Both the position numbers and the translations under genes were made by a program. The notes under the pieces are model-generated. The model saw only the letters and a program-made list of their open reading frames with translations, was not told the DNA's origin and did no database searches. 64,000 nucleotides of DNA from Octopus sinensis (Eukaryota): assembly GCF_006345805.1 (NCBI RefSeq), contig NC_042998.1, positions 129,022,001 to 129,086,000 on the forward strand, written 5' to 3'. Every line of letters begins with the position of its first letter. The first letter of the stretch is position 1. This document shows, piece after piece, positions 12,422-26,014 of this stretch.

Positions 12422-12859
12422 CCATCTATCTACATATATATATATATATATCCATCTATCTATCAGCAATGGTTGGTTATGTCACATGAGGGAAATGTAA
12501 ATTAAGCGATATAAGTGTTCAATACTGTTATGCGAAACGCAATAATATTTATTGAATTTTTGAGTGTCTGTTCGCTACTCGGAGTTTCTCGTTTTCAACT
12601 TTCATTAATGCCATTTTCAACATTGCTAATTACTCTTATGGATAAAATTTTGTGAATGAGTTGAGCCGAATTGCATAAATATGACCCTATTAACATGCCT
12701 CAAGATCACTAATAATAAAGAGAGGTTTAACTAATATGCTAATTCCTTACTTAATTTGTTGTGGAAAGCATGTCTAAGTTGCCTGACGATAGATCGAAAT
12801 AATGGGTGACTATATTTGCTATGGAAAAGAAGATTCTTAAACTTCTTAGAAGAGGAAAA

Positions 12860-13925
12860 ATCCTTTGATAAATTTATAGTTGTTGCAGCAAAGAAACATG
12901 CAAGTTGCAGTAGCACTTTTATCTCCAGGTATCACTTTGATTTTATGATTTGGAGGCAAAATAACATGTAGTGCGTACACAGGAGATCTATCTGTAACCA
13001 TAACAGGAGATCACAAGCAACAGAGGTGCTAAATCAGTGTTGGCTGATAATTAGGGATGAGAGAACTATAGCACCATAAAGTTAGTTTTGAATTGGAGTT
13101 TAAGGGATACCAGGGGCACAAATGCTTCTTTTGGCAAATAACATTTGTTTTAGCAAGACACTTTCATTAGATTCTTCTGGTCATTCTAAAGAGGAAAAGA
13201 ATATGCTCAAAATAAAAATATGAAATCGTCATATTTGTTTGGTTATGTAAAGAAACTGAGGCTAGAAACACATTAACAAAATCAACACTAAGCTGATTTT
13301 GCTACAAGACTTTGGAACTTGAAGAAGGGTTATTGCATATAATAGAAATAGATACGTATCTTTGGTCGAGAACAGTGAATTTACATCATCAGTTGACCAA
13401 CTGAAAAACTACCACAATTACAAATGGTTATGTGAAAGAACAATATTTTACTCAAGAAATAAATCTGTTAATATGGCCAGTAAATGAATAATCAACAGTT
13501 ACATGGCGATAAATTGCGTTTTCGATCCCAAAGACACTGAACAAACCCAGCCAGTTTCTTAACAGTATGGAGTCAAATGATGCGTTTCCTCATTAAAGAT
13601 CACCAATAATTCTTCTCAGTAACTTATGTAATATTTGAATAAAGTTACAGTACTAGCAGACTGTGTTGCTGGTGAGAATACGTTTATCCCCAAATTCCAT
13701 AATACCCTTGAACATTCCACTTGTTTTAAAAAGGCTCCAGCCAATATATATTGAGTGACGTCCATCAACAAATCGCGGGCTCAAATGTTAAAGATGGCTG
13801 GATTACAGTTGGAGGGTCCTTACTTTCCCCATGGTCAATTATATATGTCACTGCCTCATATAGCAGCCTCTATGTGACTTCACGAGGAAACACAAAGAAC
13901 ATTGTTAATCAAAAAACTTTAGCAT
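12860..13925 (+). mobile_element. Decayed Helitron / PIF1-family helicase remnant
   Basis: SINKSRAQMLKMAGLQLEGPYFPHGQLYMSL at 13761 resembles the PIF1 TINKSQGQTL...FSHGQLYVA motif; also WLCER, FLNS.E and TKNIV remnants; many stops and shifts. Confidence 0.75.
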
Positions 13926-14624
13926 AATTTACGTAATTACAGTGTGATGTTAATCCATTGGAATTTTCCTGATTCAGGAAACATTGGACTCAGGGAAACA
14001 TTGGATATTTTTGCAAGTGTGTGCGCGAAGTTAATTTTATGGTTTGGATGGAGGTGGAAAGGCTGAACATTATCTTTTGAGACTGTTTCTGGAAACTAGC
14101 AACAGAGCTGTTTCCTAAAGTAAATCCGGAAGCTCTGCGAGGTATTAAACGTAATGATGCATGGAAGCTACCGCTCCTGAACAGAAGAATCCTATTCAAT
14201 GGGTTTCTCCGCAGTTTTTAGAAATCCACTTTCACTCATTTGAATTGGGTGGACCGGTAAAATAAATTTCTTCATAACTGAGATCATACATAAAGCACCG
14301 CGCAAAGGGGTCGAACCTGACACGATGGTTGACTGTATTTGCAACAGAAAATGAGATGCGTGATAGAATATTCGCGATAAACCACAGTCCTTCAGGTTGT
14401 TTAAGCCACAGTAGTAAGGACTCTGGAAGAACTCACCAGCCATGAACAATGAACAACGAAGAATCTACTCAGTATTTTCTAACTTTTTATTAGTCCAGCA
14501 CCTTCTATTAATGACGAGTAAAATCGGTTAGCACGTCTATTTAATTCTTCTGTGGTGGCATTCGAAGGTACACGAAGATTAATTGGAGTTCCCAACATAC
14601 TCTTAGGCAGAATTCAGTCTCATC

Positions 14625-14838
14625 CGCGTAATGGATGCTTGACCTGCTAGAAATAACAGTGAAATCACTCTTAAATTATACCTTAAACTATTTTGAAATA
14701 AAATGGGAAGATAAGAAATAATGTAGGGCAAGGGCTAGATAGGCTGACTGAAAAAACGTTTGAATGGTCACGGTTGGAACACATTTGGTCATACATACAC
14801 TCAATAACAACTAACTTGAAGCCAAACAACAATAAACA
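14625..14838 (+). mobile_element. Old dispersed repeat (family D, SINE-tail-like); related copies near 20700, 23330, 23820, 24345, 42115, 61425, 62365, 62630, 63615
   Basis: Shared motif string gacctgctagaaataacag...aaatc...ggtcacggctgga...tttgatcata...cctggggctaaacaacaa in several diverged copies. Confidence 0.6.
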
Positions 14839-15203
14839 GGCTTTACTCATTCACGCGTCCAATTCGATTGCAATGCTACTAACAGAACAGTTAAGAATGC
14901 CTTCATTCATCCAATACTGACATGCACCCTGTGCTTTCCAAATAAGCGTAGAATCTTCTCGCTTCTTGTCAACTTTGCTACAGAATACACCAGCTCTCAG
15001 TCAAAATCATTCTATTAGTAGTTTTCAACTGAAAGCGAATCTACATTTGTCACTCACTTTACCTCCCACTTTCAAGTTCGTTCTTTCCCCCATGCTTATT
15101 TCACCACCACATTTAAACAATTGCCACCATTCATAATTCATCTGATCGTTCCAAACAAAGTGATCGATCGTGGAGGTGTATCTTCAATCACATCCATGTC
15201 GCC

Positions 15204-15254
<51 letters not shown>

Positions 15255-16602
15255 ACCCCCTCTCTCTATCTCTCCAGTAATCTGTTCCTCTCTTCGAAAA
15301 TACGCAACTGATTGCCCTAACCAAAGGAAATTGCTACACTTCTGACCCTTCTAGTTATATGCTTTTAGCATACTTAAAATGATAGAAACAGTTAACAATT
15401 ATCTTTCATCACGAAATCTTTCTCTATCCTCAGGGATCACTAATAAAACTTTTGCCGGGTTTCATCTACCGAAAACTTGCTATATTACTCTCCATTGCTC
15501 TCTTACCCATGTGAACTTCGTCCAAATCAATGCCGATACAATGAGAACCCTACCTATTAAGTTGATATACCGTATAGTCTTCATCTACTTGTCATCTTTG
15601 ATATCAGAAGTTTTCTTTCAGATTACTGCATTGTAGTGTAACCCAACCTGGATCTCTAAACTATATTCTGTTAATGAGTTCATTTATATATATTGCACAT
15701 TGTTGATTCCGCAATTTAAAACATTACGTGTTATTGATACTCACACAACCTCATCTCCATTTTTCTTCTTGCATCAATGTACAGAAGACAACTTCATCGA
15801 TCTAACAGGTTTTAGCGAACTAGCGAAAGCCATGGGAAATGCTTAAACCCTTTCCACAAGTAATATTTGTGTTTATATTTAGACAGACTATATATTTGTT
15901 TATAGTAAATTACAGAACACGTATTCATTTAGCACATATAAAAATGTGAATAGCGTAGCTGTACGTAGAATCTTTACACGCTCACACTTAGATGGAAAGG
16001 TATTCACTGAAAATCATGTAGATACGTCCATGTGTACACATGTATACAAGTGCATTTGTACAAAAACGCCATCAAATTGTCACGGTTTTGCTTGCATTTA
16101 TGCACATATAAACGTATAAATAACTGTCTGGTTAATATTTTTACACAATACCTCAACAAAATGCTCTCCAGTGACTGATTCACAATCTTTGGTTATTAAA
16201 TGTCATAACCAAAGCAGAGTAGCTTGTAGCAATCAGCTAGTACTAAATTAGATTAAATTGTAACAGAGAAACGCCGTAAACGAAGCAATCTAACGTGTGA
16301 ACGACGTTATTATCATACACTGCATTAATAAACGAGTTGGTGCAAACAGTAGAATAACCAAAAATATTCTTTGTCGCTTCTACTTTCCTCTCTCACGTTC
16401 CTGCATTCAAATTCTGTTGGCTTTCTACTTTGCCTTTCAACCCTCCTGGGTTGGTAAAATAATTACCAGAAATATTATATTGTCGTCAAGAGATTAGATC
16501 TAAAATAGCGTGTTGAAACAGATATTGAATATTTTGGTAGAGTCGTATTTGTTAGATTGCCAATTAGTAAAACACATACAGACACACACACACATACACA
16601 CA

Positions 16603-16651
<49 letters not shown>

Positions 16652-17162
16652 GTACACTATTTGTCATTCATTCAGGTCTTTATTAATTTAGTAAGTAAAT
16701 AAATGCGATTTTTCAAAGTAATTGTTGAAGCATTTGGCTTCATTTCAATAACTACGAATAAAAATGTGAAGTAGTAGGCATTGCAAGCTGTCCATTAACA
16801 TTTTCGGCTTTTATTATTATTGTTGTTTAGCCCCAGGTTAGCTTTGACTGAGAAAACAGCTACGTGTGATCCATATATCTATACAGCTTCGAATATGCAA
16901 TGCTTCCATCAGGTTGAGGATAATATTTCAGATTCTGACACGCAGTGGTCGAATACATGTGGTTCTGTGTGGTAATCTGAATACATTGTAACTCTTTCGC
17001 CATTCAGACTATTTCTCTATGTGTATGACGTTGTGACTGTGGTGATGATCACAACAAAGATAAATAAAGCTAACCCGTTCCAACTGTGACAACTGTGGCT
17101 CCTTTCAACATTGTTTTGATAAATACATTTAGGTTTTATTTCTTTTGCGAAATATATAGTAT

Positions 17163-17400
17163 GACGGTGCGTGGCCTAGTGGTTAGAGTGTTGGACGCCA
17201 GATCGCGGTTTCGATTTTCGGTTCGGGCGGTGTATTTTATTTTTGAGCAACACTTCATTTCACGTTGCTCCGATCCACTCTACTGAAAATAAATAATTCT
17301 GGGATGGACTAGCATTTCCGTTATGGTGAATGTTGTGATCCCGGTGCCTTATACGCCCTGGAGAACGGGTAACCAATCCTATAAGTCCTAGGACTTGAGG
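17163..17400 (+). mobile_element. tRNA-derived SINE family C
   Basis: A-box tggcctagtgg, B-box ggtttcgatt, then ttgagcaacacttcatttcacgttgctcc. Confidence 0.75.
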
Positions 17401-17498
17401 GAGTAATGTCCAGGGGTTGATGATGCTGAACGAAGCAACTACACAAAGCTAAAACGGAATTAAAACGGGAAAATTAATGATATATTTTATATCTCTTT

Positions 17499-17710
17499 AG
17501 GCGGGAAGCTGGCAGAATCGTTAGTACGCCGGGCGGAATCCTAAGTGATATTTCGTCCGTCTTTATGCTTTGAGTTCATTTTCCACCGAGGTCAACTTTG
17601 CCTTTCATCCTTTCGGCGTTGATAAAATAAGTGTCAATTGAGCACTGGGGCGTCAATGTTATCGATTGATGCCCTCCCCCGAAATTGCTGGCCCTGAGCC
17701 AAAATTTGCA
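17499..17710 (+). mobile_element. SINE family A
   Basis: ggcgggaagctggcagaatcgttag...cctttcatcctttcggcgttgataaaataag. Confidence 0.85.
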
Positions 17711-18411
17711 TACACTGTTTTATATCTTCGGAATCCAATTTAAGATCCCTATGTTGTAGTGTTTATAAATTACAGTTGTTCTGAAACTTCCGTTGGGCTG
17801 TACTATAACTCGTGTGAACACTTTATCCATGACACAGTAAGTCTTTCATGATTTTGAATTCAAGGCAAGTGCATTTTCGAATGCATTTGTTGCTCCTGAG
17901 TCTGTCTTTTGAAGTCACAACAAATTGGATTATAAAATATTTTTCTCGTTATTTTTGACAATTTATAAGGAACGCAAATTTAATTTTCTTCCCTTTGTAC
18001 ATCCGAAACATTTCAACTGGCATTTTATTTCTTACAGAGCAGCTGTAAGTTCTATGCCCATGTGGTGCGCAGTATCTTTTCTTTTTTGCTTTGATCTTAG
18101 TTTTGTGTATCTGAAAAAAGAAGCAAAAAGACACTGCTTATAAAAAAAAGAGAAAGAAAAAACTGCAAACTCATTTAGCACTCAGTCCTAACATGGTCGT
18201 AACAAAAAAAAAGAAAAGAAGTAAAATCTAAATTCTATCACCATTATTTCCAGTGTACTCCAATTATAGGCGCACGCGTGGCTGTGTGGCAAGAAGTTTG
18301 CTTCCCACCACATGGTTCCGGGTTCAGTCCCACTGTGTGGCACCTCTGACCGACCAAAGCCTTCCGAATTGATTTGGTCGACGGAAACTGAAAGAAGCCC
18401 GTTGTATATAT

Positions 18412-18519
<108 letters not shown>

Positions 18520-18759
18520 ATATATATATAATAGAAATATTAAAATTACTAAGTCTCTCTAAAAGAGAACAACGGCAGCGTTTCCGGAAAATAATAGTTA
18601 TCGCCATACTAATATGGCATTCTTATAAAAATAAGAATAAAGCTGTCCGCTTATTAGCTCCATGAGGCCATCGCCTTAAGTTAGCTATTTGATACACAAA
18701 CTGTATCCATATAACCTTCGAACAAGGGAGGTCAGTCGCTCCACACTATTTGACCGGCA

Positions 18760-18801
18760 GCTACAGACGCGTTTCGGGGTATTGCTCCTTTTCAATGCAG
18801 C
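18760..18801 (-). ncRNA. Minimal type I hammerhead (U3-A8 core), copy with a stem II mismatch
   Basis: Reverse complement GCTGCA-TTGAAAA-GGAG-caata-CCCC-GAAA-CGCG-TC-TGTAGC. Confidence 0.75.
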
Positions 18802-19000
18802 GTAGCCAGACCAGTAGGTGTCGCTTCTGACAATCTCTGTTCGAAGGTTTTATTTACCTAGCTTCGGTGTTCTCTTTTAGAGAGACTTAGTAATTTTAAT
18901 ATTTCTATTATTGAAAACAAGTAGATGTATTCCACCGAAGCTAGGTAAATAAAACCTTCGAACAGAGATTGTCAGAAGCGACACCTACTGGTCTGGCTAC

Positions 19001-19042
19001 GCTGCATTGAAAAGGGGCAATACCCCGAAACGCGTCTGTAGC
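19001..19042 (+). ncRNA. Minimal type I hammerhead ribozyme (U3-A8 core, palindromic stem III)
   Basis: GCTGCA-TTGAAAA-GGGG-caata-CCCC-GAAA-CGCG-TC-TGTAGC; predicted GUC cleavage after 19036. Confidence 0.82.
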
Positions 19043-19205
19043 TGCCGGTCAAGTAGTGTGGAGCGACTGACCTCCCTTGTTCGAAGGTTATATGGATACA
19101 GTTTGTGTATCAAATAGCTAACTTAAGGCGATGGCCTCATGGAGCTAATAAGCGGACAGCTTTATTCTTATTTTTATAAGAATGCCATATTAGTATGGCG
19201 ATAAC

Positions 19206-19291
<86 letters not shown>

Positions 19292-20372
19292 CTGAAGATG
19301 GCCCGCACCATCGCTTGACATCCGGTATTGTATTTATATCCTCCGTAACTTAGCGAATCGGTAAAAGAATCCGATAGAATAAGTATCAGGCTTAAAAAAA
19401 GTATTAGGGGAGATTGATCCAGGTAAAAATTCTTTAAGGTGATGCCCCATGACTGAAACAAGTAAAAGATGAAAGATATATTTAAGAAGAGCAACGACTG
19501 TTATGTGGGATCGAGTTCACCTTTGTGGTGGCCACCAGCAATATGTGGAAGCGTACAAAAACAAACTGAACGGTAAAAATAAAAACGATGTATTCAAGCC
19601 TCCACACAGAATAACATACCATCAATCACTGTATGTAAGAATCTGAACTGCCAAGGGAGTTATATGTTTGATTCCTACTAAGCTGTTAGTTTTGATTCAC
19701 TTTTGTGCTTACACTTTATAGGTTTAAAGTACAAATTCACATTTACTGTTCAGTCTGGTTTCCGAACACTAAAAAGAAACAAAAGGTTCGTTGCGAGGGG
19801 GAGGAAATGAGGTATTCCTACGGGTATCTTGATATGCTAGAATAGAGTCTTATTCTTCCTCAAAAGACACTCTATAGATCAAGAAAAAAAAAAAATGAAA
19901 AAAGAAAAGGGCGCGCAAGTTAATGTGGTTTTAGAAATATTTAGTCTTAAGAAGAGGAAAAAATCCCCCTAAAACATAGGCTGATCTCTGTTAAACTACA
20001 TTTGGATATTATCTTTTAGTGGGAAAGGGTTAGAGTTAGGGTTAGGAAGGAAAGCAGATCATTTTACAAGATCTGAGAGAATGATGGAAGGAGAGGAGGA
20101 GGTTAACCTCAAACTATAGATCTAGACACGATTGCTTGCAACTAAGTTAGCCGGTGATGTTAAACTGGGTGACGGATTCACTCGACCGCTCAAGAAGGCC
20201 ATGTCAAAGTGTCAGAACAAACTCCAAAAGGCATCCACCCAACTTTCTGATATTTTCCAACAACCCATCGGCCTGGATTGGTATAATAGCTTATCGACAC
20301 CGCGAAAGGATTGTCCTGAAGAAGAAGAAGGAGGAAAAGAAGAAGAAGAAGAAGTCATTTACTGCCGTAAGT

Positions 20373-20600
20373 GGAGGTGCATGGCTTAGTGGTTAGGTTG
20401 TTGGACTCATGATCATAAGATTGTGGTTTCGATTCATGGATCGGGCAATGCGTTGTTCTCTTGAGCAAAGCACTTCATTTCATGTTGCTCCAGTCTACTC
20501 AGCCGATAAAATTGAGTAATCCTGCAACGGACCGGCGCCTACCGTCCAGGAAGGAAAGCATACGTAGAGATACCGGGAAACCGGGCTTATGCTCCTTACG
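20373..20600 (+). mobile_element. tRNA-derived SINE family C
   Basis: ggaggtgcatggcttagtggttagg...ggtttcgattc...ttgagcaaagcacttcatttcatgttgctccagtc. Confidence 0.8.
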
Positions 20601-21466
20601 TAGTAATGTAGACCGACCATTTACTGCCGTAGATTATATTGATCATATCTCTCCTCGAAAATGTGATGGTCTTGCCATATTAACTGAGAGAGCGTCCTTA
20701 AGTTCGTTCGCGCTACTAGAAATAATAGTTATATTTCCCTCAAATTATTTTCTAACATTAAAATATATAAATACATAAAGGGCAAGGACATAATTGTATT
20801 AAGTAGCTTTGAATGTAGAAAAAGGCTAGATGATCATGGACGGAATGACTTTGAGAATAGGTCAAACCAATGATTCTTCACCTGGGGCTAAACAACAATA
20901 GCAAAAATAGCTGGAAGGGCCAACAAGCCTGCTTCTTCATCTCATCCCATCCTCTCCTTCTCTATTCCTCCTCTTGCACCTCTTGTCTTTCTCATCTTCT
21001 TTCCCTTCTAGCACCATCACCACCACCTCCACAAACCTCATTATCATCATCATCGTCACCCTCATGGTCATTCTGGCTGTTGTATATTGTTGTATTTGGA
21101 TGTTTGTATTCGCGGTCACGTATGTGGTACAAGCGTATTTGTTGTGTGTGTATATTCACAAGCATGCGTGTGCGTGTTTGCGTGTGTGTGTGTGTGTGAG
21201 CGCACGCGCGCGTGTGTATGTGTAATAATCCAGTATAAACTGATTGAAACATTTCAATTAGATAGCTGTTCGTTTCCTGCGGGAACTAATTAGTATGTTG
21301 GTTCGTTATCGAGAGATGGAGCTGGAAGAAGAGTATCATGTGCAAGCAACTTAAATTGATCTTTCAAGTTGACATCCGCCATGACGATCTTTTCAAAGTA
21401 AAAGCGCACAAAAATATAGACAGAAGGCGAGAAAATTAGAAAATTCAGAACTAGAACGCGGATATA

Positions 21467-22742
21467 CGAGGGGCGTTCAATAAGTAATGCCCCTGACCCA
21501 CTTTCCATAGCAGTAGAGCAACGAAACTTGGCACAGTTATTAGTCTTTTTCTACATAGGAACCACCCAGAGTTACGCATTTCTCCCATCGTTTGATGCGG
21601 CTCTGGAGACCGTTTTTGTAGAAGAACCCAGCTTGGTCCTCCAACCTCAACGTGACTTCAGAAATCAAGGCTGCATCATCTGGGAAACGCTTTCCTTTCA
21701 AAAACAACTTCATGATTGGGAAGAGGTGAAAATCAGAGGGTGCAAGGTCAGGAAAGTAGGGGGGATGGGGAGGAGTTCATAGCCATACGCCTGTGCTTCT
21801 GATCTGGCGACAAGCGAGTTGTGGACCGGAGCGTTGTCCTGCAGGAGGAGGATGCCTTTGCTGATCTTGCCCCGCCTCTTGATTTTGATAACTTCTCTTA
21901 ATTTCCTCAAAAGTGAAGCATAATAGGCTCCTGCAATTGTGGTACCCTTTGCCTGGAAATCTGTCATCACTACTCCGTCCTGGTCCCAGAAGACTGTGAG
22001 CATGACCTTGCCAGCGGAGGGCTGCACCCTTGCCTTCTTTGGAGGGGGTGAGTCACGGTGCTTCCACTGCATTGACTGGGCTTTGGTCTCTGGATCATCG
22101 TGATGGACCCAGGTTTCATCCTGTGTGATCAGTCTTTTGAAAAATTTTGACTCATCTTCTTGGCACATCTCCAAATTCACCCTCGAGCACTCGACGCGTT
22201 CTTGCTTCTGGAAAAGCGTGAGCAACCTGGGAATCCATCTGGCAGACACCTTTTGCATATGCAAATGGTCATGAATGATAGTTTCCACAGACCCGGTACT
22301 AATCTTGACCTCATGGGCTATTTGGTGAATAATTATGCGTCGATCTTCCAAAATGGCAGCCTCAACTTGACGGACAGATGCCTCATCAATGGCAGAAGGG
22401 GGCGACCAGATCTGGGAGCTGTATCCACAGAGTTCCGACCATGTTTGAATTCACGATGCCAGCGTTTTAAAAGGTCATATGATGGGGCATCATCACCATA
22501 AGTTACTTTCATTTCATCAAAAGTCTCCCGTGGTGTGCGTCCTTTCAAATACAAAAACCGGATCACTGCTCGACACTCAACAGGCTCCATTTCACACTTG
22601 ACTCAGTTCAAACACCTGTAAATCAGAAACCACAATTAATTCAGAGCTGGAATTTGCCACTTACTCTATAGAGATATAAATGATTGCACATGCAAAATTT
22701 CAGCTAGATGGGTCAGAGGCATTACTTATTGAACGTCCCTCG
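21467..22742 (-). mobile_element. mariner DNA transposon, second copy of the 6072-7360 family
   Basis: Same TIRs; TA duplication at 21465-21466 and 22743-22744; small deletion in the 5' UTR. Confidence 0.96.
21540..22590 (-). pseudogene. mariner DD34D transposase, two single-base frameshifts
   Basis: ORFs 22333-22590 and 21710-22351 are nearly identical to the 6239 copy. Confidence 0.92.
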
Positions 22743-22760
22743 TATATATATTATATGCTA

Positions 22761-23115
22761 AGACCCCTTCGGTCATGACTGACCATGTGATTGCACCTAG
22801 AAAGTTACCCTCCCAGGCACAGGTCTGGGCAAGGTTGTTTATGGGAGACCAGCAGTCGCCCATGCATACCGGCCTCCTCTCTCTACGCCACGAGTGTTAT
22901 CTAAGGGAAAGGCAAAGGCTGATACAGCTTGGTACCTGTTACGTGAAACTCATTTCTACAGCTGAGTGAACTGGAGCAACGTGAAATAAAGTGTCTTGCT
23001 CAAGAACACAACACGCAGCTCGGTCCTGGATTCGAGCTCACAACCTCACGATCGTGGGACTAAACACGGAACCATGGGGTTGTGAAGCAAGCTTCTTACC
23101 ACACAGCCACGCCTA
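22761..23115 (-). mobile_element. SINE family C-related element plus a family B head fragment
   Basis: agaccccttcggtcatgactgaccatg...gagcaacgtgaaataaagtgtcttgctcaagaacacaac; then ggaaccatg...cttaccacacagccacgcc. Confidence 0.75.
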
Positions 23116-23543
23116 TCTTAATTGTTGATGAATGCTACTTGCGTCACTTCATTGAGTTCATCAGCAGGGGAAAATATTTCAATATTTTCCGAAAAATGTT
23201 TCTTTGAACAGTAGTATTCATAACCAGAGAGAACCACTCTAGACTGATAAGGTAGATTAATTAAACTGTGCCGTTAGTTAGTTAGTCTACTTGTAAAGAT
23301 TAATGCTGTTGTTGTTAATGTTGTCGGTGGTGTTTAGTGATAACTCAGACCTGATCGGGAAGACCTATGTTCAAAAGCATTCCAGTGATGGCCATTCTTT
23401 TCTTTTATGTAGACACAGAGTATCTAGGACTACATCATTCACTGTGCCCTTTTTATAGGTTTGTCGGTGGAAGTGGGGCTTGGGTCTCTACAGTGGGACT
23501 CCGATCGGCTCATAATATGTATGTATGCGCACGCGCACGTGTA

Positions 23544-23611
<68 letters not shown>

Positions 23612-24064
23612 AGCTTTTATTACACTTGATATGATTTGCGATTTTTTTTTTAACAAGGTAATAAATTGATTGACTTGTAGAGAGTCTGCAACTGAGCACA
23701 ATGTAAGCATTTCCAGACTCTGAAGAGAAAAGTGATTTTGATATGATACCTTGTTTCTGTTATAAATGTATGTTGGTCTTCACATCCACAATACGTTAAG
23801 GTGGAAGTTGTCGTTGTTGCATTTGTTGTCGATGAACCCTAGAGCAAACCTTATAAAGCAGATCTATGATGGAAAGCATTCCAGATGAGACCATTCTTTT
23901 TCTAGGTTTATCTGCGACTGTATTATTCAATATGCTCTTCTACTCTTGAAGATAGTTGGAAGTGATCTGAAGGAGATTTGGCCGTCATCTCTTGCAGATC
24001 ACTTGAACACATAGATACACTCCTGTTACTCGCGTGCTATACGCGTTATATGTAGACTGCGTAG

Positions 24065-24298
<234 letters not shown>

Positions 24299-25765
24299 TT
24301 TAATGTTTATTGTTGTTGTTGTTCTTGCTGTTCTTGATACTACTGTTTAGCTTAAGTTAGTTTTAAATGAGTAAACTCATGATCTATGATCAAGTTGGTC
24401 CCGTTATGACCATCCAGGCATTTAACGAGCTTTTGTGTATCTAGAATTACATAATTGTACATGTATCAGTTTCTTCTTTAAAACGGTATTATGTGATTTT
24501 AGGGAAGTGTAGCTGCATATATCGATCTGCTAGAAGGTTGGACAGAGAACTTTCTAACAATAACACATTCTACTATAGCAGGTTAGGGTAAGAAGCTGCC
24601 GTAAGAGAAGAGTAGCGCACAAGTAATTAACAAAACATTTGAGAGTAACTTTCAGATATTGCACGGGAAATGTAAAGAGTGAGTTTTGTGCTGTTGAACG
24701 AAGTGAGATTTTTCTGTTCCCATTGCAACTAAGATCAGCGTAGTGTTAGACAGTTTCAAGCAGGTCGATTTCGCAACGAAGTTTCGATTCCCAATTCACA
24801 TCAATTATCCCATCTGTGCTCTTGAGATAAGTATGGACGGAATACAATTGCAAGAAATCGATACATAAGAAGTTATTTTAGACGAAGAAACTTCAAAGAA
24901 TGTTATAGATTTAAAAGGAAATGGATTTAAGAAAAAGAAATAGCTTGGCAGCGAAAAATCTACGTTTAGTTATCATAAGAAAGTGAGTGAGAGTGTATGC
25001 ATATAGATTTGCGTATGCGTATATATGTGAACAAAAAATTTAACACCAGAAATTCAAGTATATGTACATGGTATTCAGGTTATCTAAATCCTTCTCTGAG
25101 GTGAAGATATCTGTTTATAAAGAATGTAGTTAGAAAATTCATGGTTAGAAGGTGTAGAGACTTCATAAGTGTCAAAATTTAGCTTCAGCATTACCACGTT
25201 TAGAGCTTGAGAGATAAGTAATATTGATGTTAGATAGAAGACCACTCTATTACAGAAGTATCCTACACGTATTATCAACATACTGGAATATTATATATGT
25301 ATGTATACTAATTTGCACACGGAATCATTTACATATAATGTGGTTAAAAATGGACTGGTATAGAAACTATTGTAACGTTAATCGCTACATGTGCTACATG
25401 TATTGCACAACCGCCAGTAACAGGCCGTAGCGGTTAACGTGCTAACTAAATCCATTCTTTTCCTCCATATCTATATGTTACTTTTCTAAATACTTACACA
25501 CCGGTTTCATCCGTGAGGTACATAAAATTCCAGTATTGGTGGACTTAGACATTTTTCAAAGTTTCAGTATAAGAGTGTAAATAATATTCAGGAGTCCTTG
25601 CCGAGTGCTGCACCTGGAATACACCAATTTCCTACCCTACATGGACCCACGCCACCAGGCAGAGTATTTTTTCTTCCCTGAAAGGTCACTAATTGACCAA
25701 GCACGGAGTTGCTCACACCACTGTCGCTGTCGAACGAAAACGCAAGGGGCGATACAGATTCCCAT

Positions 25766-25985
25766 TAATATTGATTTCAAATTTTGGCACAAGGTCAGCA
25801 AGTTCGGGGCCTGGGTTATGTCGTTTACATTAACCCCAGTATTTAACTGGTACTTATTTTATCGACCCTGAAAGTTTGAAAAGCAAAATCGACCTCAACG
25901 AAATTTGAACTCAGAACGAGCAGACGGGCGAAATGCTGCTAAGCATTTTCCTTGCGTGCTAACGGTTCTGCCATCTCGCTGCCTT
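25766..25985 (-). mobile_element. SINE family A
   Basis: aatattgatttcaaattttggcacaagg...ttctgccatctcgctgcct. Confidence 0.85.
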
Positions 25986-26014
25986 AGCTTGCCGTTAATA
26001 TAATCCCCGGCGAC

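Larger units (their letters stand above)
18528..19211. mobile_element. Retrozyme-like element: two inverted, circularly permuted copies of a ~363-nt unit
   Basis: 18591-18869 is the reverse complement of 18933-19211 (279 bp, ~2 differences); 18528-18571 is the reverse complement of 18868-18911; (TA)n on both sides. Confidence 0.88.

Noticed and set aside
20027-20046. TTAGGG telomere-like repeats
   Set aside because: Only 2-3 imperfect units.
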